Shown: piece after piece, positions 27,141 through 32,000 of the stretch
Position numbering within the stretch: position 1 is the stretch's first letter
How the letters are laid out: each line of letters starts with the position of its first letter
NCBI GenBank assembly: GCA_029881495.1
Contig: JAOUMJ010000020.1
Coordinates: forward strand, 22,230 to 54,229
From: Nitrospinota bacterium
GTDB lineage: Bacteria > Nitrospinota_A > UBA7883 > JACRGQ01
Length of the DNA: 32,000 bases
Direction of reading: 5' to 3'
Notes under the pieces: model-generated
The model's database searches: none
What the model was told of the DNA's origin: nothing
The model's input: the letters and a program-made list of their open reading frames with translations, nothing else
Position numbers and translations under genes: made by a program

Positions 27141-28289
27141 ATGGATTACCGTCATAAACTCCTGGCGGATACGCTGGCAGGGCTTGAGAAGAGCGGTGTT
27201 CCTCTCGTCGCGGTTGATGGTAGCGGGTTCAAGGCGGCAGGATTTGCCGACGACCCCGCGATCTATTATTTTGTTCCGAAAATTGCCCGCCTTTTTGGAG
27301 TTTCAATAGAAGCCGGCATCGACACGTTTTTTATCGGGATACTCTCCATCTCTCTTTTTGTAGCGGTTGTGTCTGCCGTCAAGTTGTGTAAAACGAAGCA
27401 GGGGAGGGTATGGGCTGTTTTGAATCTCTTGCTGACAGGATTCATCTCATTCAGGGTCGGCGATCTTTACAGCATCGCCCCGGCGGTTGTTATGTTCACG
27501 GTGCTTCCGTTCCTCCTCCTGTATGGAAAGGGGGAGGCGAAAAGGGATTTTATCCTTCTCGCGATAGCCGGTCTTGCATGCGGTCTTGCCAACGAAACAA
27601 GGGCGCACGCCGGGAGCGGAGCGCTCATCTTTCTGGTGTTTTACCTTTTCTTTTCCAGGGGAGTTTCCCGCAGTGGCGCAGCTCTTAATACAGCCATTCT
27701 TCTGGTCTCGTTTGTTATTCCATCTCTATTCTTTGGTCATCTTGCGGGGGAGAGGGACAGGTATCTTCTGGAAAACCGCCCCGGATACACAAGCGAGGAG
27801 ACCGGGAACACGATATGGCATTCGGTTTATATAGGCCTTGGCTATCTGAAAAATCCTTTTGTCGCGGAGTACAGGGACGACGTTGGATTCAGCAGGGCGA
27901 ACGAGATAAAGCCTGGGGTTGCCCCTTTTACGTCCGGATATGAAAAGATACTGAAAGGAGAGGTAATAAGGATTTTGTCTGAACACCCCTATTTCGCTTT
28001 TCAGAATATTTCGGCGAAGGGCGGCGTGTTGCTGATGTTCTTTCTTCTATTCGCGAATGTCGGGATAGCCGCCGCGTGGTTTTACGGAGCGAGGGGGGAT
28101 GCGGCACTCCCTTTGGCGGCAGCGATAGTTTTCTCGGCGCTTCCCGGCATATTGGTAGTTCCGTACCATGAATATCTCCTCGGCTTTTTCGCCTTTTCGG
28201 CGCTCTTTAATCTTCTGCATGCCGACAACGCGCTATCAAAAGGGGGAGTTGCGGATATGCTGAAGTTTGTTGGAAGGTATAAAAGCTGA
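27141..28289 (+). CDS. Polytopic membrane protein of unknown function
   Basis: 382 aa with several hydrophobic helices ('TFFIGILSISLFVAVVSAV', 'ALIFLVFYLFF', 'GGVLLMFFLLFANVGIAAAWFYG'); no family motif recognised. Confidence 0.75.
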   Translation: MDYRHKLLADTLAGLEKSGVPLVAVDGSGFKAAGFADDPAIYYFVPKIARLFGVSIEAGIDTFFIGILSISLFVAVVSAVKLCKTKQGRVWAVLNLLLTGFISFRVGDLYSIAPAVVMFTVLPFLLLYGKGEAKRDFILLAIAGLACGLANETRAHAGSGALIFLVFYLFFSRGVSRSGAALNTAILLVSFVIPSLFFGHLAGERDRYLLENRPGYTSEETGNTIWHSVYIGLGYLKNPFVAEYRDDVGFSRANEIKPGVAPFTSGYEKILKGEVIRILSEHPYFAFQNISAKGGVLLMFFLLFANVGIAAAWFYGARGDAALPLAAAIVFSALPGILVVPYHEYLLGFFAFSALFNLLHADNALSKGGVADMLKFVGRYKS

Positions 28290-28315
28290 TATGCGGTTTG
28301 TTAAGCCGCCTGGTA

Positions 28316-28352
28316 TATAAAAAGCCGGGGGAGAAAGAGTTCCCGCCCCGGC
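28316..28352 (-). terminator. Intrinsic terminator of dnaK
   Basis: Minus strand: GCCGGGG - 15-nt loop (CGGGAACTCTTTCTC) - CCCCGGC followed by TTTTTATATA. Confidence 0.75.
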
Positions 28353-28365
28353 ATAGACTGTTCGA

Positions 28366-30270
28366 TTATTTCTTTTCGGCGTCTTCGAATTCGGCGTCGA
28401 CGACGTTATCCTTGTTGCCTCCAGCGGCTCCGCCAGAAGCGGAGTCCCCATCGGTTGGCGCTCCCGCGGCGGCGGTCTTGTAGATCTCTTCCGCCATCTT
28501 GTGCGCCTTCTCCTTGAGGCTCTCCATTACCGATTTCATCTTCTCGATGTCGTCCGACTCCATCGCGGATTTCAGTTCGGCAATGCCGTCCTCCACCGGC
28601 TTCTTAACCGCATCCGGCAGTTTGTCGCCGTTTTCCTTGAGGGTCTTTTCGGTCTGGAAAATTAGCGAATCGGCCGTGTTGCGCACGTCGACCTTTTCCC
28701 GTTTTTTCTTGTCCTCCTCCGCGTGGGATTCGGCGTCCTTAACCATCTGGCTCACTTCGTCATCGGAAAGGCCGGTGCTCGATGTGATGGTGATCTTCTG
28801 CTCCTTGCCTGTACCCTTATCCTTGGCGGAGACATGGGCTATTCCGTTAGCGTCGATATCGAAAGTCACTTCGATCTGCGGAATTCCGCGAGGCGCCGCC
28901 GGTATCCCTTCCAGGTGGAACCTTCCAAGCGTCCTGTTATCGGAGGCCATTTCGCGTTCACCCTGGAGAACATGTATCTCCACAGATGTCTGGCTGTCTG
29001 CCGCGGTTGAAAATACCTCGCTTTTCCTGGTCGGGATAGTCGAGTTTCTCTCTATCAGTTTCGTCATGACGCCGCCGAGGGTTTCGATGCCGAGCGATAG
29101 CGGGGTAACGTCCAAAAGAAGGATGTCCTTCACGTCTCCCGCGAGTACGCCCGCCTGAACAGCCGCGCCGAGGGCAACGACTTCATCCGGGTTCACACCT
29201 TTGTGTGGCTCCTTGCCGAAGTATTCCTTCACGAGGTTGGAGATTTTCGGAACTCTTGTGGAACCACCCACAAGAACGGCTTCCTTGATGTCGCTGGGTG
29301 AAAGGGATGCGTCAGCCAGGGCCTTTTTGAGCGGCCCGAGTGTTCTGGTTATCAGGCTGTCTACCATCCTCTCGAACTGCGCCCTTGAAAGTTTCATGTT
29401 CATATGCTTCGGGCCCGACTGGTCAGCAGTGATAAAAGGGAGATTGATGTCGGTTTCGGTCACGGTGGAGAGTTCCATCTTCGCCTTTTCAGCCGCCTCG
29501 CGCAGTCTCTGCAGGGCCATGGCATCCTTGGAGAGGTCGATACCCTGGTCCTTTTTAAACTCCGCTATCAGCCAGTCGATGATCTTCTGATCCAGGTTGT
29601 CACCCCCCAGGTGGGTGTCGCCATTGGTCGATTTAACCTCGACGACGTTATCTCCTACCTCAAGGACGGAGATATCGAACGTACCACCGCCGAAGTCGTA
29701 TACGGCGATCATTTCATCAGATTTTTTATCAAGGCCGTAGGCGAGCGCCGCGGCTGTCGGTTCGTTGATTATTCTTTTTACTTCGAGACCAGCTATCTTT
29801 CCCGCGTCTTTGGTCGCCTGTCTCTGCGCGTCGTTGAAGTAGGCCGGCACGGTGATAACCGCTTCGGTTACTTTTTCGCCGAGGTACGCTTCCGCCGACT
29901 GTTTCAGCTTGCGAAGGATCATTGCCGATATCTCCTCCGGCGTATGTTCCTTCTTGCCGACTTTTATGACAACCCCAGTTCCGCCCGAAGCTTCCTTCAC
30001 TTCATAAGGAACCATTTTCGCCTCTTCGGTTACTTCGCTGTAATGGCGACCCATAAACCTTTTTATCGAATAAATGGTGTTATGCGGATTCGTAACCGCC
30101 TGGCGTTTGGCCACCTGCCCGACGAGTGTTTCTCCATCTTTTGTAAAGGCCACAACTGATGGAGTAGTCCTGGAACCCTCCTCGTTCACTATGACCCTTG
30201 GCTCTCCACCTTCCATAACGGCTACGACGGAGTTGGTCGTACCGAGGTCGATTCCTACAATTTTACCCAT
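28366..30270 (-). CDS. dnaK: Chaperone protein DnaK (Hsp70)
   Basis: '[22 protein letters not shown]', '[12 protein letters not shown]', '[14 protein letters not shown]', '[17 protein letters not shown]'; RBS GGAGG upstream. Confidence 0.99.
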   Translation of the reverse strand: MGKIVGIDLGTTNSVVAVMEGGEPRVIVNEEGSRTTPSVVAFTKDGETLVGQVAKRQAVTNPHNTIYSIKRFMGRHYSEVTEEAKMVPYEVKEASGGTGVVIKVGKKEHTPEEISAMILRKLKQSAEAYLGEKVTEAVITVPAYFNDAQRQATKDAGKIAGLEVKRIINEPTAAALAYGLDKKSDEMIAVYDFGGGTFDISVLEVGDNVVEVKSTNGDTHLGGDNLDQKIIDWLIAEFKKDQGIDLSKDAMALQRLREAAEKAKMELSTVTETDINLPFITADQSGPKHMNMKLSRAQFERMVDSLITRTLGPLKKALADASLSPSDIKEAVLVGGSTRVPKISNLVKEYFGKEPHKGVNPDEVVALGAAVQAGVLAGDVKDILLLDVTPLSLGIETLGGVMTKLIERNSTIPTRKSEVFSTAADSQTSVEIHVLQGEREMASDNRTLGRFHLEGIPAAPRGIPQIEVTFDIDANGIAHVSAKDKGTGKEQKITITSSTGLSDDEVSQMVKDAESHAEEDKKKREKVDVRNTADSLIFQTEKTLKENGDKLPDAVKKPVEDGIAELKSAMESDDIEKMKSVMESLKEKAHKMAEEIYKTAAAGAPTDGDSASGGAAGGNKDNVVDAEFEDAEKK

Positions 30271-30311
30271 ATTTCCTCCAAATTTCGGTTTGTTTGCTAT
30301 TTTCTTGTAGT

Positions 30312-30340
30312 TGAATAAGACCTTATAACGGCCTAGTCAA
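30312..30340 (-). promoter_or_regulatory. Possible dnaK promoter
   Basis: Minus strand TTGACT, 17-nt spacer, TATTCA, about 40 nt upstream of the dnaK start. Confidence 0.4.
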
Positions 30341-30419
30341 GCTGTGGCCTGATTTTTATGGAATTTCAGGGGAAAGAGGGGATTATTTTCGAAGATCCGA
30401 GGTTCGTTGCCTGATTTGT

Positions 30420-30845
30420 TCAGCGTTTGCCGGTACTGCCGAAACCGTTTTCGGCGCGGACGGTATCGGAGAGCTCCATAGCCTCCACTATCCGCCAATT
30501 TTGGGCCTGCAGAGGGACTATCTGCGCGATCTTGTCCCCCCTCCCTATGGTGTAGTCGCTATCGTTGTCGTTCCTCATGAGGATCATCACTTCGCCTCGG
30601 TACCCTGCGTCAATTACCCCCGCGGAGGTGTATAGCCGTGCGGACGCGAGCGAGGACCTGTCTTTTACTATTCCCCCCCACCCATCGGGGAACTCAAGCG
30701 CGATGCCGGTCTTTATCTTCACCTGTCCCTTTGCCGGGATGACGGTCTCTTCAAGCGCGAAGAGGTCGCACGCCAGGTCGCCCGGGTGCGCCGAATTCGG
30801 GAGTTTCGCTTTAGGGTCGAGTTTCTTGGCTTTAAGTACAAACAT
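30420..30845 (-). CDS. dut: Deoxyuridine 5'-triphosphate nucleotidohydrolase
   Basis: 'HPGDLACDLFA', 'DRSSLASARLYTSAGVIDAGYRGEV', 'RGDKIAQIVP', C-terminal 'RAENGFGSTGKR'. Confidence 0.95.
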   Translation of the reverse strand: MFVLKAKKLDPKAKLPNSAHPGDLACDLFALEETVIPAKGQVKIKTGIALEFPDGWGGIVKDRSSLASARLYTSAGVIDAGYRGEVMILMRNDNDSDYTIGRGDKIAQIVPLQAQNWRIVEAMELSDTVRAENGFGSTGKR

Positions 30846-31403
30846 CCCGTCATTCTATCCGCTTTATAAATTGGCAACAAGGAAACAGATTAGATGAATG
30901 AATGTGTCATCGCTGACTGGTGATGTTTTTATGCAAGTTTGTGTAAAAACTCTTCAAGTTAAAAATGAGGATAGCGGAAAAGATGCCCCTGCCAATAAAG
31001 TAGAAGTGTGATTACAGCAATTAAAATTACAGGCAAATATCGATCGACAACCATTGGTCGATAGCATAAAAAAATAAACGTGTAATTTATGGTTCCTGAG
31101 ACTTATAGACAGACGAAAATATCAGACTTGAATCGTCATAGTTATTTTGTAAATTCACTCCCTTTTAGAAATTATTTTAAAAAATACGCAATATTATAAC
31201 GTTACATTTGATGGCAATTATAAACATTGTACAGTTTCAAGAGGTTGGCTATTTAATCATGTCCTTTTCGTGACAGATTGGCAGGTAAAATTATATTTAT
31301 TATTTCGTTGACACTGGGGAAAGGCTAAAAAAGGTGGAAAATTTAGCAAGTTCTTATTGTATTCTTATAGCATTAAATTCAAATTAATATAGGGAGATTG
31401 TTT

Positions 31404-32000
31404 ATGGCAGGAATTCGTTACATTGTCTTTCTGGTATTGCTTTTGTTTTTTCCTTTTAAACATGCTGAAGCCGGCAATCATTTTTTAGGGATTGCAGGCC
31501 TCGCCGGAAAGACAGATGGAGTGCCTATGATTATTGGCCCAAAGATATTTTATTATACCAATGCGATTCCATTTGGTTTTTATGCTGGTAAACAATATAC
31601 CGTCGATAATGATATGGGATTTCCCAAGACTGAAAGCGAGCTGTTAAGCACGGATAAATTTGAAAGCCGATGGAATAGTGAAGTTATCACTGTAGGGGTT
31701 ACCAAAACTCTAGGCATTGGAGAGGCAGGTGGAGTGGGAGCTTTTGCGGGGATCGGGTATGGCAATGCGACAGGTTATGATGTTTTTGAAAGGCAGAAGG
31801 AATTCCCTGGAATGCCGGCAGGTTATCCTGCTCAAACAGAAATTTATAATATCGAACGACCATCAAGAACGAAGAGCGGGATAAACCTGAATGCTGGGTT
31901 GCAGTTTTGGATTGAATTGGGAACCCTTTCGGTTGAAGTAAACACATTTACAAAATCCGTGGCGTTTGGAATAGGTATTGGGGCTCCCTGGTCTGATTGA
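31404..32000 (+). CDS. Secreted, Gly-rich probable outer-membrane beta-barrel protein of unknown function
   Basis: Signal peptide 'IRYIVFLVLLLFFPFKHAEAG'; alternating Gly/aromatic strand-like pattern. RBS AGGGAG 7 nt upstream of ATG 31404 (track start TTG 31398). Confidence 0.6.
   Translation: MAGIRYIVFLVLLLFFPFKHAEAGNHFLGIAGLAGKTDGVPMIIGPKIFYYTNAIPFGFYAGKQYTVDNDMGFPKTESELLSTDKFESRWNSEVITVGVTKTLGIGEAGGVGAFAGIGYGNATGYDVFERQKEFPGMPAGYPAQTEIYNIERPSRTKSGINLNAGLQFWIELGTLSVEVNTFTKSVAFGIGIGAPWSD

Noticed and set aside
29404-30159. 251-aa and other long ORFs antisense to dnaK (also 28499..29158, 30074..30310)
   Set aside because: They are mirror ORFs caused by codon bias on the strand opposite a certain dnaK; no independent motifs.
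1-32000. CRISPR arrays, tRNA/rRNA genes, transposases, integrases, toxin-antitoxin pairs
   Set aside because: No regularly spaced repeats, no cloverleaf or rRNA core sequences recognised, and no ORF with transposase or integrase motifs. A tRNAscan/Rfam run was not possible.

Overview
This 32 kb window is a fairly dense bacterial chromosomal segment. No rRNA, tRNA, CRISPR array, IS element or phage module could be supported. Housekeeping content: a DUF4340-like gene end, grpE-dnaJ, two BatA/BatB-type VWA membrane proteins, an AddB-like/AddA-like helicase-nuclease pair, dxs-ispA-xseB, an aldo/keto reductase-like gene, a di-heme cytochrome c peroxidase, a zinc alcohol dehydrogenase, pabB-pabC, a flavoprotein, a polytopic membrane protein, dnaK, dut and an outer-membrane-like protein in an AT-rich edge. 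The standout is a tightly packed minus-strand block, 20470->14852. It encodes, in transcription order: (1) a secreted protein with a CsgG/FlgO-like middle and a probable outer-membrane C-terminus; (2) a TPR lipoprotein; (3) a MotA-type stator protein; (4) a MotB-type stator protein with the ion-binding Asp and an OmpA-like peptidoglycan-binding domain; (5) a 711-aa protein that reads as a natural chimera of the FliF C-terminal half (split RBM3-like segments plus transmembrane helix) and a complete FliG-like N/M/C region. No FliM/FliN, rod, hook, filament or export gene is in the window. This looks like a candidate non-canonical, envelope-spanning, ion-driven rotary or force-generating machine. 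All family assignments are by reading motifs, with no database search.
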